This document shows positions 38,369 through 47,956 of a stretch of 64,000 nucleotides of DNA, in pieces. The notes under the pieces were generated by a model, which saw nothing but the letters and a program-made list of their open reading frames with translations, was not told the origin of the DNA and made no database searches. This stretch comes from Candidatus Nomurabacteria bacterium (lineage in GTDB: Bacteria; Patescibacteriota; Minisyncoccia; Phycocordibacterales; UBA918). A program made the translations under genes and the position numbers. Location: NCBI GenBank assembly GCA_020632075.1, contig JACKGH010000001.1, positions 793,778 through 857,777 of the forward strand. The letters run 5' to 3'. Numbering within the stretch: position 1 is the first letter of the stretch; each line of letters begins with the position of its first letter.

Positions 38369-38401
38369 GAAAAAGCGGCGGCCCGAAGGGTCGCCGCTTT
38401 T
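38369..38401. terminator. Hairpin aaaagcggcggcccgaagggtcgccgcttttt
   Basis: GC stem with a CGAAGG loop, T-runs on both sides. Confidence 0.6.
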
Positions 38402-38414
38402 TCAGTAAGCAGGT

Positions 38415-39452
38415 TTACCACTTACTCCACAAGAGCTTCACGAACTTCCAGAAACCACGGAGCACGACGATCAGTACAGCAATGTACACGATCGCTTGGA
38501 GTACCCAAAGAAGGAAGATACCGAAGGTGGTGGTAAGGTTGATCAAGGTGGTTACGAAGTTATCCTTGAGATCGTCCCATGCATTCTTCCAGAGGTTCTC
38601 GTACTTGTCTTCGACGATCGGATTCTTCCTTGAGACACTTACAGAAAATTCGACCACTTCCAGGCGAGCATTGAGATCTGCTGCTTGTTGGTAGATGTTA
38701 TCAAGTTGCGAGATCAGGCTGATCTTCCGACTCGTAAGCTGATCAATGTAGCGAAGGCTGTTGGTCACCTGATTTGAGAGATCAGTCACATCGTTACTTG
38801 AATAGAAGATCGTATTGAGTCGATCGAGCTGGGCTTGAGCCGCAGTGAGTGAAGACTCAATACGAACCAGTTGTTGCTGCAAGATCGCGGTCTGACTCTC
38901 AAGCTGCTGTTTGTGTCTTGTGACTGAATGAGTGTCACGAGTGATCGAGACATTCTTGAACTCAGATAGTGATGTAACCACCGACTCGGCTTTGGCTTCA
39001 GTGACATAGAAGCTGGCGCGGCAGTAGTTGGTGCCGGTGTTGATCGACTGGAAGTGGACCTCGGTGTCAGCTTTTAGACTGGTGACCAGATCACAGAGCT
39101 CATCAAATTGCTTGGTAACACCTGAGACGGCATAACTCGTTGTCTCGTAGGTTTCGAGATTGTCGGTATACGAACTAGGCATTGGTTCGGGAATATACGT
39201 AGGAGCTGGTGCACTTGAAACTACGGATTCCATTTCAGCTACTTTATTGTAGCTATAGTCACCATCAGCTTCCATGTAGCCATCAAACATTGGTGCGCGT
39301 GGAGCTGAGACGCCAACCGTGTTACCACCAAGATCAGTGCTTCCCACCATGAGGTTCATGATTCCCCAGAGTAGGAGGAGTACAAAGAGTCCGGCAACTC
39401 CAAGTAGTCCGAAGCCGATAATTTTTACGTAGCGATTTTGAAAGAAAGGCAT
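38415..39452 (-). CDS. Membrane protein with N- and C-terminal TM helices and a central coiled coil, unknown function
   Basis: Start reassigned to MPFFQNRYVKIIGFGLLG because the longer track ORF reads through terminator hairpin 39503..39535. Confidence 0.65.
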   Translation of the reverse strand: MPFFQNRYVKIIGFGLLGVAGLFVLLLLWGIMNLMVGSTDLGGNTVGVSAPRAPMFDGYMEADGDYSYNKVAEMESVVSSAPAPTYIPEPMPSSYTDNLETYETTSYAVSGVTKQFDELCDLVTSLKADTEVHFQSINTGTNYCRASFYVTEAKAESVVTSLSEFKNVSITRDTHSVTRHKQQLESQTAILQQQLVRIESSLTAAQAQLDRLNTIFYSSNDVTDLSNQVTNSLRYIDQLTSRKISLISQLDNIYQQAADLNARLEVVEFSVSVSRKNPIVEDKYENLWKNAWDDLKDNFVTTLINLTTTFGIFLLWVLQAIVYIAVLIVVLRGFWKFVKLLWSKW

Positions 39453-39502
39453 ACTAAAGTTTTGTAATGAGTAATTGAGTTTTATTGTAGCATCGAAAAT
39501 AG

Positions 39503-39535
39503 AAACCGGCCGGCCCCGAAGGGGCCGGCCGGTTT
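39503..39535. terminator. Hairpin aaaccggccggccccgaaggggccggccggttt, identical to the one at 42277..42313
   Basis: 29-nt identical core at two loci. Confidence 0.6.
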
Positions 39536-39547
39536 CATCTTTATTTT

Positions 39548-40444
39548 CTACTTCCCGTACAACTGCAGCACTGCTGCGGTGCCGGCAAGATTCTTGGTCC
39601 ACTCAGGACTGGTGCGTGAGCCAAGCTCAACGGTTACCGATGGAACGCCGAGTGAAGCAAGCCAGTCTTCAGCGGCGCCGGTTACGGCGTACGCAGTGAA
39701 GAGCGGCACGGCGCCATAGCCGCTGGCGTTGGCGTAGGTATCTACGAGTGTGCGAGCTTCCGGGGTGAGATTGCCGTCACAACTACTGCCGTAGACATTG
39801 TCGGCCATGCTGTGCCAGAAGATCGCTGCTGCAGGTGGATGGGCCGCGACATAGTCTCGCAGTGCTACCGCCTCAGGTTCTGAGAAGACAGTTACTCCCC
39901 CGCTCACTGGTTGACTGCGCCAGGTGCTCTCAGGTGACCAGTTACAATCGAAGTTACGATTGAGATCAACTCCATTGGCGTTCATGCGGCCGGTCCCGGC
40001 AGTGTGCATACTGTAGTCGGTGATATCTGCACTGGTGAATCTTCCCTCCAGACCAGTAGCCAGGAAGAGTCCGTCTGGGTTGAGGTTCGGAATGATATGT
40101 ACCGTTACATTCGAGGGGATCATCGACGGATCAGTCGTCAGGTGGTCGATCATGTCGTAGGCCAAAAGAGTGCTGTTCCATTCGTAGCCACCATGGATAC
40201 CACCAACAAAGAGGATGTTGGTTTCTCCGGTACCAAAGGTGAAACTTTCGATCTTTCGGCCTTCCACCGAACTACCAATGATCTGATGAGTGGTGGTTGG
40301 TGCGACTGGTGCGATCGGTTCTTCGATCTCATCGACTATTGGCGCAGGTGTTTCGGGAGCGGGTTTGGTCAGTATCACCAAGAAGATCGCTACGCCGATC
40401 AGTACCAACAATATGCCAATGATCAGTTTACTATTTTGACTCAT
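39548..40444 (-). CDS. M14-family zinc carboxypeptidase-like protein, membrane-anchored
   Basis: IGSSVEGRKIESFTFGTGETNILFVGGIHGGYEWNS, an M14 N-terminal motif with HxxE-type zinc ligands. Confidence 0.7.
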   Translation of the reverse strand: MSQNSKLIIGILLVLIGVAIFLVILTKPAPETPAPIVDEIEEPIAPVAPTTTHQIIGSSVEGRKIESFTFGTGETNILFVGGIHGGYEWNSTLLAYDMIDHLTTDPSMIPSNVTVHIIPNLNPDGLFLATGLEGRFTSADITDYSMHTAGTGRMNANGVDLNRNFDCNWSPESTWRSQPVSGGVTVFSEPEAVALRDYVAAHPPAAAIFWHSMADNVYGSSCDGNLTPEARTLVDTYANASGYGAVPLFTAYAVTGAAEDWLASLGVPSVTVELGSRTSPEWTKNLAGTAAVLQLYGK

Positions 40445-41376
40445 TACTCAGCGTAGGCGTTAAGAACTGCTTCGACACCTGCAAGGTTCTTGCTGCGTTC
40501 GGTGTTCTGGTAGTCTGACAGGAGGACGCTAATAGCTGGGATACCCTGCTTTGCCATCCAGTTCACCATGTCGCCAGTGATAGCGTACGCATCAAACTCA
40601 GCTTCAGACGGATAGCCGGCTGCGGTTGCGAAGGTGGCTGCAAGTGTGACAGACGCATTGCTTGGAGTGCCTGCACAAGCAGATGGGTACACTTTTCCTT
40701 CTGCGCTGAACCATACCACTGCAGCTACTGGGTCGTACTTGAGTACATAGTCTCGCAGTGCCACCGCCTCAGGTTCTGAGAAGGCCGCGCTACCACCGCT
40801 TACTTCTTTACTCTGCCATACAGCAGTTGCGCTCCATTCACAATCAAAGTTACGGTTAAGGTCTACGTCATGAGCATTGAAGCGACCTGCTGTCCCTCCG
40901 GTAGCTACTCCGTCAGGGTTTAGTGTTGGGATGACAGTTACTGTCAAGTTAGCTGGGATCGCCGCTTCGTTTCCTTTGAAGTAGGCCACGAGTTCATCAG
41001 TAAGTGCGCTTGTGTTTGGTGAGTAGCTACCATGTACGCCGCCAACAAGTAGAATTTCCTTTGCACCAGTTCCGAAGTGGTACGCTTTGATCTCGGTACC
41101 TTCAACTGAGCTGCCGATCACTTCTTCTGCTGGCCGAGCTGCCTCTTCTACTTGTAGTGGTTCAGCACCGTCTCCAATACCTCCATCTGGTTCGACTGGA
41201 AGTCGTTCTTCAACCGGGGTTACATTCTCGTTGTCTTCAACGATCGTGATGGTGTCTCCATCATTCATTAGTAAGTATCCAACTGCGCCAATGAGCGCCA
41301 GTGCCAATACGGCGATTACAACGTTTTTTGCTTGCATATGCTTACTATTGTATGTCAGCTCAAGTAGATTGGCCAA
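40444..41376 (-). CDS. M14-family zinc carboxypeptidase-like protein, tandem paralog
   Basis: IGSSVEGTEIKAYHFGTGAKEILLVGGVHGSYSPNT, collinear with the downstream paralog. The stop and start overlap in TAATG. Confidence 0.7.
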   Translation of the reverse strand: MANLLELTYNSKHMQAKNVVIAVLALALIGAVGYLLMNDGDTITIVEDNENVTPVEERLPVEPDGGIGDGAEPLQVEEAARPAEEVIGSSVEGTEIKAYHFGTGAKEILLVGGVHGSYSPNTSALTDELVAYFKGNEAAIPANLTVTVIPTLNPDGVATGGTAGRFNAHDVDLNRNFDCEWSATAVWQSKEVSGGSAAFSEPEAVALRDYVLKYDPVAAVVWFSAEGKVYPSACAGTPSNASVTLAATFATAAGYPSEAEFDAYAITGDMVNWMAKQGIPAISVLLSDYQNTERSKNLAGVEAVLNAYAE

Positions 41377-41609
41377 TCTGGCTTAAGTAAAGGCTCTGTC
41401 AGCTGGGGAAAAGTCAGTTGCAGGTACACTAGAGGAGAGTACACTTGGGAGTGAACTGGCGTTCGCCTTGTTCAGCATCGCAGGATATCCTGCACCATAG
41501 TTGTCGCGTTAAAGTTTTGGGGGCCCTCGTGGGTCTTTTTGCGTTTTGTAACGAAACGTAAACTACACGGCATATAGTAAGTACAATATTAAAATTAACG
41601 TAATTGTGT

Positions 41610-42263
41610 ATGCAACAAACACTTACCAATAAATTTGCTGTCACTTTGGCAGCAATTGCAGTCGCCTTTGGTGCTGCGTTCACTGCTCTCGCCTACGATG
41701 AGCTAGAGATCGAAGTTGATGTGTTCGCTGATCGGATCGAGATCGAAGTACAGTATGAGGAAGATGGTTCTGTGGTAGAAGAGGATTATACATACGAGAC
41801 TACAGATCTTGATACTGCATATGAGGATCTTGCCGATGATCTTGGTATCACGGTGGCTGAAGTTGAAGATGCGGTCACCAGTGTGACTGAGGAAGATGAC
41901 GAGGATGAAGACGAGATGGATGATGAAGATGACTCTGATGATATGGATGAAGATGGTCAGGACGACGAAGATGAGTCAATGGATGATGACGAGGATGATT
42001 CTGACGACAGTGATTATTGTGACCGTACCAGCCAAGCTGCTGGTTGGGGTGTTGCTAAGAAGTGTGTTGAAGAAGACGACTGGCAAGTAAATGACAAAAT
42101 GGAAAAGAAGGTAGTACGCTTCCAGGATCGTTCGATGGATAAGTACCGAGATTACGGCCTAACGACTGATCGTGACGAACTCCAAGCACAGCTTCGTGAA
42201 CTCATGATGCTTCTCATCCAGTTGCTCCAGCAGCAACAGTTGATGATGCAGAGTAATGCGTAA
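41610..42263 (+). CDS. Secreted, extremely acidic (Asp/Glu-rich) protein with C-terminal Cys pair and a Gln-rich helix
   Basis: Signal peptide MQQTLTNKFAVTLAAIAVAFGAAFTALA, then a long DEDEDEMDDEDDSDD region. Confidence 0.6.
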   Translation: MQQTLTNKFAVTLAAIAVAFGAAFTALAYDELEIEVDVFADRIEIEVQYEEDGSVVEEDYTYETTDLDTAYEDLADDLGITVAEVEDAVTSVTEEDDEDEDEMDDEDDSDDMDEDGQDDEDESMDDDEDDSDDSDYCDRTSQAAGWGVAKKCVEEDDWQVNDKMEKKVVRFQDRSMDKYRDYGLTTDRDELQAQLRELMMLLIQLLQQQQLMMQSNA

Positions 42264-42276
42264 GTAGATGCTGAAC

Positions 42277-42313
42277 AAAAACCGGCCGGCCCCGAAGGGG
42301 CCGGCCGGTTTTT
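42277..42313. terminator. Hairpin aaaaaccggccggccccgaaggggccggccggttttt, bidirectional
   Basis: Identical to the hairpin at 39503..39535. Confidence 0.6.
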
Positions 42314-42319
42314 ACGTTC

Positions 42320-44758
42320 TTACATCTTTACATCAAGTTCTGCATCAGTGAAATCTGCACGAGTGAGTGGTATGGTATCGCCTTTTTGCACCGCACCGGC
42401 AATAATTTTTTGGGCGATCTTCTCTTCGACGATATCTTGCAGCACACGCTGCATTGGGCGGGCACCGAATTCTGGGTTGTACCCCTTCTCTACCAAGATA
42501 TCGAGCAGATCGCGACTGACTGTGATCTCATATCCCTTCTCCTTCACGCGTTCGTACAGTCCACCAAGCATGAGGCCGGCCACCTCAGTCTGCTCTTCGA
42601 TATTGAGTGGCTCAAAGATAATGGTGTTATCAAAACGGTTGATGAGCTCTGGTCGATAGGTACCCTCTTTTACTATGTGATCGATGATCTCTTGGGTAAG
42701 ATGCGAGAGTTCTTTGCGTTGCTGGACTGTACGCAAGATGAGCTGGCTACCGGCGTTTGAAGTTGCAATGATGATCGTGTTTCGAGCGTTTACCTTACCG
42801 CCACGAGCGTCAGTGAAGATCCCTTCGTCGAGTACCTGGAGGAACACGTCATGAACTGGCTGGGTCGCTTTCTCAAACTCGTCGAGCAGTAGTACGCAGT
42901 ATGGGTGTTCGCGAAGGATGGTCGGAAGTACGCCTGGTTGTTCCCCGTCTCCGATAAGGCGTTCAAGGGCGTCCTCACCGCTATATTCAGACATATCAAT
43001 ACGCTGCATTTTGTCTTCGCCACCGAAAAATATATTGGCGAGAGCTTTGGCGGTTTCGGTCTTACCCACACCAGTTGGCCCAAGGAAGAGGAATGAACCC
43101 ATTGGCTTATCAGTAGATTGGATGCCAGCGCGAGCGCGCCGCATGGTGCGGGCAATTGCGTCGATCGCACGCTGCTGCCCGATCACTTGCTGGTGAAGCT
43201 TATCTCCGAGGTTGAGTAGGAGGTCACGTTCCTCGTCCTTAATCGGGCCAGCGGGTACTCCGGTCATATCGCTCACCGATTGATACACGAAGTCTTCAGT
43301 GATCACACTGACTCCCTGCTGACTGGCCTTAGTTGCAATGTCGATCAAAAGCTCGATCGCTTTGTCGGGCATCACCCCTTCGACTACGTAGCGGTCAGCA
43401 GCAGTGGTGATCGCGTTAAGGCCAGCGTAAGTAAAGAGAATGTTGAATTTCATCTCGTGTTGGAGTGCAATGTCTTGAAGTACACGAGTAGTTGCAGTGA
43501 GGTCTGGGGTGTCGATCAATACTTCGGCGAAGCGGCGGGTAAATGCGCCGAGTGTCTCGAGGTAGGTGTGGTATGCTCCCGGGGTGTCAGTAGCGATGAG
43601 TTGTAATTGTGGAAGAGCCAGGAACTCATCGAGGAGTTCAGGAATAAATACGCCCATGGCTTCAGCTTCTCGTACGAACGTACTGAGGTTTTCGATCACA
43701 ATGATCGTGTTGCCTGCGTTGGTCGCTTCAGTGAAGAGTTCAAGGAGCGTCAGTTCAAGCGCTTGCTTATCGCGGTGTACTGCGAAAAGACGATTGGTAT
43801 CAAGTACGATCATGTGTCGACCGGCGATCGCATCAAGTGACTTGCCAGTCTGCATTCGACGGTTCACCTCCATGACCAGGTCCATCTTTCCGACACCTGC
43901 TTCACCGATGATCAATACATTGGAAGCTTTCGCGCGGACGAGAGTTGATTCGATCTCACGCACTTTTTCATCTGCAAACGAACTGTCTGCGCCGAGAGTC
44001 GAGAAGACAGCGCTGGTGCGAATATCGCGAGAGAACCGTTGCAAGATGTAGGCGGTTCCATAGGCCCACTCACGTCCGATGCCGGTAGTGCGAGAAAGAT
44101 TGTCCTTACTCCACCAACGTTGGCGACGCTTTTCTTGATGGTAGCTACCTACTACCCACCGTAGTGAGCCGAGGAATATCTCTTCGCGAATGCCAGCATT
44201 TTTGAACAGTGCTTTGAAGGCTGTGTCGTGAATGAGGAGGTATTTACCGAGTCCGATCAGACTGAAGATCTCATCTTCTGGAAGCATGACCATATCAGCG
44301 GTGATCTTCTGGCGGGCCCCTTGGAGGTATGCGTCAACTGCATCACTGCTTAGGCCGCTCCGTAGTAGCGCGGTAGCGCCAAAAGTCGAAACACAAAAGG
44401 CCATACTGACATCGTTTGGGTACTTGAGGGTGGCTGCAGCTACATCGTAGGTGGCCACTTCCACATCTTTTTCTTCGATACCGATGAGTGAGTTGAGTCC
44501 GCGGAAGTAGTAACTGTTGTGGTACGCATAGCTTAGGATTTGCTCAAGCCAGATCGCGGTGCTGATCAGTGAGACACCGAGGAGTTGGGTGGTGTATGCT
44601 TCGCCCATAAAGAAATAGGTTGCTACGGCTGCTCCTCCAGTGACGACCGCGATCACAAAGCTGATCTTTCGAAGTACTGAGAGTAGTGAGCGACTCATGA
44701 TCGCGGTGAGTCGAATTGCTGGTTGGTAATCTTTGATGCTGTTGCCAAGAGTATTCAT
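42320..44758 (-). CDS. Clp/Hsp100-family AAA+ ATPase with N-terminal TM helices, a degenerate D1 and an intact D2
   Basis: D2 has Walker A FLGPTGVGKTE, Walker B CVLLLDEFEKA and sensor ATSNAG. D1 has GEAGVGKM and IIVIEN in place of DE. N-terminal hydrophobic helices ISFVIAVVTGGAAVATYFF. The true start is one of three in-frame Met codons. Confidence 0.75.
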   Translation of the reverse strand: MNTLGNSIKDYQPAIRLTAIMSRSLLSVLRKISFVIAVVTGGAAVATYFFMGEAYTTQLLGVSLISTAIWLEQILSYAYHNSYYFRGLNSLIGIEEKDVEVATYDVAAATLKYPNDVSMAFCVSTFGATALLRSGLSSDAVDAYLQGARQKITADMVMLPEDEIFSLIGLGKYLLIHDTAFKALFKNAGIREEIFLGSLRWVVGSYHQEKRRQRWWSKDNLSRTTGIGREWAYGTAYILQRFSRDIRTSAVFSTLGADSSFADEKVREIESTLVRAKASNVLIIGEAGVGKMDLVMEVNRRMQTGKSLDAIAGRHMIVLDTNRLFAVHRDKQALELTLLELFTEATNAGNTIIVIENLSTFVREAEAMGVFIPELLDEFLALPQLQLIATDTPGAYHTYLETLGAFTRRFAEVLIDTPDLTATTRVLQDIALQHEMKFNILFTYAGLNAITTAADRYVVEGVMPDKAIELLIDIATKASQQGVSVITEDFVYQSVSDMTGVPAGPIKDEERDLLLNLGDKLHQQVIGQQRAIDAIARTMRRARAGIQSTDKPMGSFLFLGPTGVGKTETAKALANIFFGGEDKMQRIDMSEYSGEDALERLIGDGEQPGVLPTILREHPYCVLLLDEFEKATQPVHDVFLQVLDEGIFTDARGGKVNARNTIIIATSNAGSQLILRTVQQRKELSHLTQEIIDHIVKEGTYRPELINRFDNTIIFEPLNIEEQTEVAGLMLGGLYERVKEKGYEITVSRDLLDILVEKGYNPEFGARPMQRVLQDIVEEKIAQKIIAGAVQKGDTIPLTRADFTDAELDVKM

Positions 44759-44771
44759 AAGATGAAATTGA

Positions 44772-45188
44772 TTATGCGAACAACAGTGAGACACCGAGTA
44801 TGAGTAACGCAACAATAGCTAGCGGTGCGACTATCCAAAACAAGTAGGTGGCAAAGCCAGCAACTATAATAAGTGCGAGAGCGATCAATCCGGCAGCGAT
44901 GATAAAAGTACGCATGATGAAACCAATGATGCGCGAAATAAGCCCGATAATGAGGTAGGCAGCTAAGTCCTCAAAGTTCCACTTGTCACCTCGGTCCTCA
45001 ATGATCCGCTTCCACGGTGAAAACCAAGTGCGGAATAGTTGTGGCAAGGAGAAGAAGTGGATGATGAACCAGATGAGATTCAACCAGACGTTAAATATCT
45101 CTAAAAAGGCGCGAGAGTAGTGCCATAACAAATAGTGGTGCACTATCGAAAGAAAGAGCATGGTGTCTCTATTATGACATATGCGCAA
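44772..45188 (-). CDS. Small 3-TM membrane protein
   Basis: ORF with hydrophobic C-terminus and upstream terminator hairpin 45190..45225. Confidence 0.45.
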   Translation of the reverse strand: MRICHNRDTMLFLSIVHHYLLWHYSRAFLEIFNVWLNLIWFIIHFFSLPQLFRTWFSPWKRIIEDRGDKWNFEDLAAYLIIGLISRIIGFIMRTFIIAAGLIALALIIVAGFATYLFWIVAPLAIVALLILGVSLLFA

Positions 45189-45297
45189 AGGAAAAGCGCA
45201 GCATCCACAAGTGGATGCTGCGCTTACTGACGTCTACACGTCGGTTGGATCATGCAACATGACGCACCTCCTCTGTTGTCGTGAGTGACTGTTTGTC

Positions 45298-45873
45298 TCA
45301 ACTACGTAGCGACAGGACCTTCCGCATGTCGGCCACTTGGGTCAACAGCTTCGCTTTCAGTTCAACTGAAGCACCACCGAGCGTTTCAGCGATCACGACC
45401 GCCTCGTCGAGATACTGTGCGATCTTGTCTCGATCCCAGAAGCTCGGAAAGGTCTTGAGGTTTGAGAGCCGATCGGCGAGTTTGACGCACTGCACACGAG
45501 CCGGAGCTGCTTTCGCACGCTGGAGCATATCTACAAATTGCTCCCCTTTCTGCAGTCGGCTGTTTTTAGATGTCACCTGTACATCATCGGCTGTGATCTG
45601 ACCAAATTGATCGCGCACGTTTTCGTAGGTCACCGCAGTGTCCTCGATCACGTCATGTAAGATCGCGTCGACCAGTGCCTGATCCATCTCGGATCCTGTC
45701 AGACCAGAGTGAAAGGCGATCTCGTTTGCAACATCGATCGGGTGAAAGATGTATGGCACGAACTCGTTTCCCTTCCGGACCTGGTTTCCGTGTGCGATGG
45801 TGGCGAATTGGATCGCATGGTTGATGCGGTTGTTTTGGTTGGGGATGTAGAGTGCCATATCACCCTCCTTCAA
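45298..45873 (-). CDS. HD-domain (p)ppGpp hydrolase-like protein (RelA/SpoT hydrolase domain; small alarmone hydrolase type)
   Basis: AHGNQVRKGNEFVPYIFHPIDVA ... ILHDVIEDT, the signature of the RSH hydrolase HD domain. 191 aa with no synthetase domain. Confidence 0.7.
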   Translation of the reverse strand: MKEGDMALYIPNQNNRINHAIQFATIAHGNQVRKGNEFVPYIFHPIDVANEIAFHSGLTGSEMDQALVDAILHDVIEDTAVTYENVRDQFGQITADDVQVTSKNSRLQKGEQFVDMLQRAKAAPARVQCVKLADRLSNLKTFPSFWDRDKIAQYLDEAVVIAETLGGASVELKAKLLTQVADMRKVLSLRS

Positions 45874-46132
45874 GTTGTTTGGGTTGTTGCAGCGGACACC
45901 AGCTTGGTGTCACTGCTTCTTTGCGCAAATTGTAGGGTCGTATTGCTGGCATGACGACTCGGTACGGTGAGAGATCTGCAGCGTAGCGAGAAGATAGTTG
46001 CCGCTTGGGGTTCGCTGCTTGGGTGCACACGACCGCTTGGTCATCGTCGCAGAACCAGTCGTCTGGATCAGGGTCACTGATCACTTGGTGATAGGGGCAG
46101 TCAAGGCAATTGTCATACATAACGTTGGTCAT
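45860..46132 (-). CDS. Small Cys-containing protein (CxxC...C...C), overlaps the HD gene start by 14 nt
   Basis: CLDCPYHQVISDPDPDDWFCDDDQAVVC. Confidence 0.4.
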   Translation of the reverse strand: MTNVMYDNCLDCPYHQVISDPDPDDWFCDDDQAVVCTQAANPKRQLSSRYAADLSPYRVVMPAIRPYNLRKEAVTPSWCPLQQPKQLEGG

Positions 46133-46288
46133 GAAGAGGCTCCTTTGGTTGTAATGAACGACCGTTTGCAGTGTATGCTAGTAATTATCTTTTGTTATTG
46201 CAATTTATACTTTTTGTAAGTCTAGCTGCAGAAAAAGCATTTTAATGCTATAAAATAAAGGTATTTAAATTGTAATTATTTCTTACAA

Positions 46289-47017
46289 ATGGACACGTTC
46301 GAGCTTGTACACCAGGCAGGTTTGCCAAAAAAAGAAGCGTCAGTTTACACTGCCCTTTTAGAATATGGTCAGCAATCACTGTCAGACCTACATCGTCGTA
46401 CACAGATAAATCGTCCAGCCTTGTATCAGGTCCTGCCTGCACTCGAGCGACGCGGTCTTGTGAGTAAGGTGCGATGTAAAAATCGTCATCAGTATGTCGC
46501 TGAATCACCCAAACGACTCCTTGAGCAGTATCAGGAGCAAACAGAGTATCAGATCGATGGGCTTACCAGCTTGGCAGAGCAATTTGAACATCATAGTGCA
46601 AAGCGACCAGTGGTGAAGTATTTTGAAGGAGATAAAGGTATCCGCTTTGCGTTTAACGACATCATTCATACGTTGCCGGTTGGTGGAGAGTTTTATCGTT
46701 ACTCATCACGTATAAACCAAAAGACGCAGGATTTTGATAACACGCTGTACGCGCGTGAACGGGATAAGCGAAAGATCGAACGCTTGGTGATCACTAGTGA
46801 AGAAAAAGCTGCCGTTAAAGAGCCAAAGCTTGAGCGAACGGTTCGCTCTATACCAAAAGAATTTGATCTGTTTGAAGACAACATTTCCCTCGTGCTCTAT
46901 GGTGATAAGGCGGCATACATTGATTATGGTTCAAAGACCTCGTTTATCATTGAGTCGGCTAAGATAGCGCGTTTTCATCAGAAGTTGTTTAAGTTGTTGT
47001 GGAAGAAGCTGCGTTGA
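46289..47017 (+). CDS. TrmB-like winged-HTH transcriptional regulator
   Basis: N-terminus LPKKEASVYTALLEYGQQSLSDLHRRTQINRPALYQVLPALERRGLV. Confidence 0.65.
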   Translation: MDTFELVHQAGLPKKEASVYTALLEYGQQSLSDLHRRTQINRPALYQVLPALERRGLVSKVRCKNRHQYVAESPKRLLEQYQEQTEYQIDGLTSLAEQFEHHSAKRPVVKYFEGDKGIRFAFNDIIHTLPVGGEFYRYSSRINQKTQDFDNTLYARERDKRKIERLVITSEEKAAVKEPKLERTVRSIPKEFDLFEDNISLVLYGDKAAYIDYGSKTSFIIESAKIARFHQKLFKLLWKKLR

Positions 47018-47080
47018 GTTGTTGTGGGATTTTGTCGTTTCTGTGTATACCGCAATAAGGCAGTCTGGAGGTGAATACAC

Positions 47081-47386
47081 ATGCTAACTGGTATCAGAAT
47101 TGTAGGGACACTGATCGTTCATGAACTGGATAACAGAGTATTTCATTTTCGTGCAGAGAATCGCTGTTTGACACTGCGCGGCGAATTGCACTATTCAGAT
47201 CGTGTACATCAAATCGCTGCACACATCATAGCTCGCGAGTTAAATGTGTTGGTGATATGGCAAGATATGATCGGTATGAAACATCTGGTTGAACCCGATA
47301 CAATATTGGACGATATGGAATCATTACTGAACGTAATAGATCCACGTGATCAGGAAATGTACCGAGTCAGTACTACCCTACAGTAA
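47081..47386 (+). CDS. Hypothetical small protein (101 aa)
   Basis: GGAGG 8 nt upstream of ATG, terminator hairpin 47438..47475 downstream. Confidence 0.45.
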   Translation: MLTGIRIVGTLIVHELDNRVFHFRAENRCLTLRGELHYSDRVHQIAAHIIARELNVLVIWQDMIGMKHLVEPDTILDDMESLLNVIDPRDQEMYRVSTTLQ

Positions 47387-47493
47387 AAAACCTATGCATC
47401 ACTTCACAAAAAGCAGCCTTTTGGCTGCTTTTTAAATTAAAATCGGTGCAGGCCACAAGGTCTGCACCGATTTTAGTATTAGTAATTGAGTGC

Positions 47494-47751
47494 TTACGCA
47501 GCCTCAGCCTGATCGAAGTTGTCGTCGTTTGCAGCTTCTGCTGGAGCAGCATTGCCAACCTTTGTTACGTTAGCAGCTGCAGGACCCTTTGGTCCTTCCT
47601 CAACGTCGAAAGTGACTGCGTCACCTTCCTTAAGATCATCGAAAGTGATGTCTACCACAGCTGATGCGTGGAAAAATACATCCTTATCTCCTTCTTCTGG
47701 CTTGATGAATCCGTAACCTTCATCGCGCTTGCGTACTACTGTTCCCTTCAT
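47494..47751 (-). CDS. cspA: Cold-shock domain protein with Ala/Glu-rich C-terminal tail
   Basis: [32 protein letters not shown] gives RNP1/RNP2 motifs. Confidence 0.85.
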   Translation of the reverse strand: MKGTVVRKRDEGYGFIKPEEGDKDVFFHASAVVDITFDDLKEGDAVTFDVEEGPKGPAAANVTKVGNAAPAEAANDDNFDQAEAA

Positions 47752-47956
47752 ATTTATATATAGTTTATTTTTCTAACTACAAAACGTCACTTCCTTAACT
47801 TCTTCAATGAGACTTCAAGAGGAGCGGTTTCGTTAGAAGCATTAAAGCATAGGGGGGTAAAAGTGCAAGGGGTTTGGGCGATTTGGAACACTTGCTATTG
47901 GTGCTTGTGGTGGTATGTTTGTTGGTGAATTACTTTTGCATAAAGAGGTGTGAAAG

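Noticed and set aside
38051-38536. 161-aa plus ORF spanning two terminator hairpins
   Set aside because: Reads through two strong bidirectional terminators and overlaps a minus-strand gene. Arg/Ser-rich junk translation.
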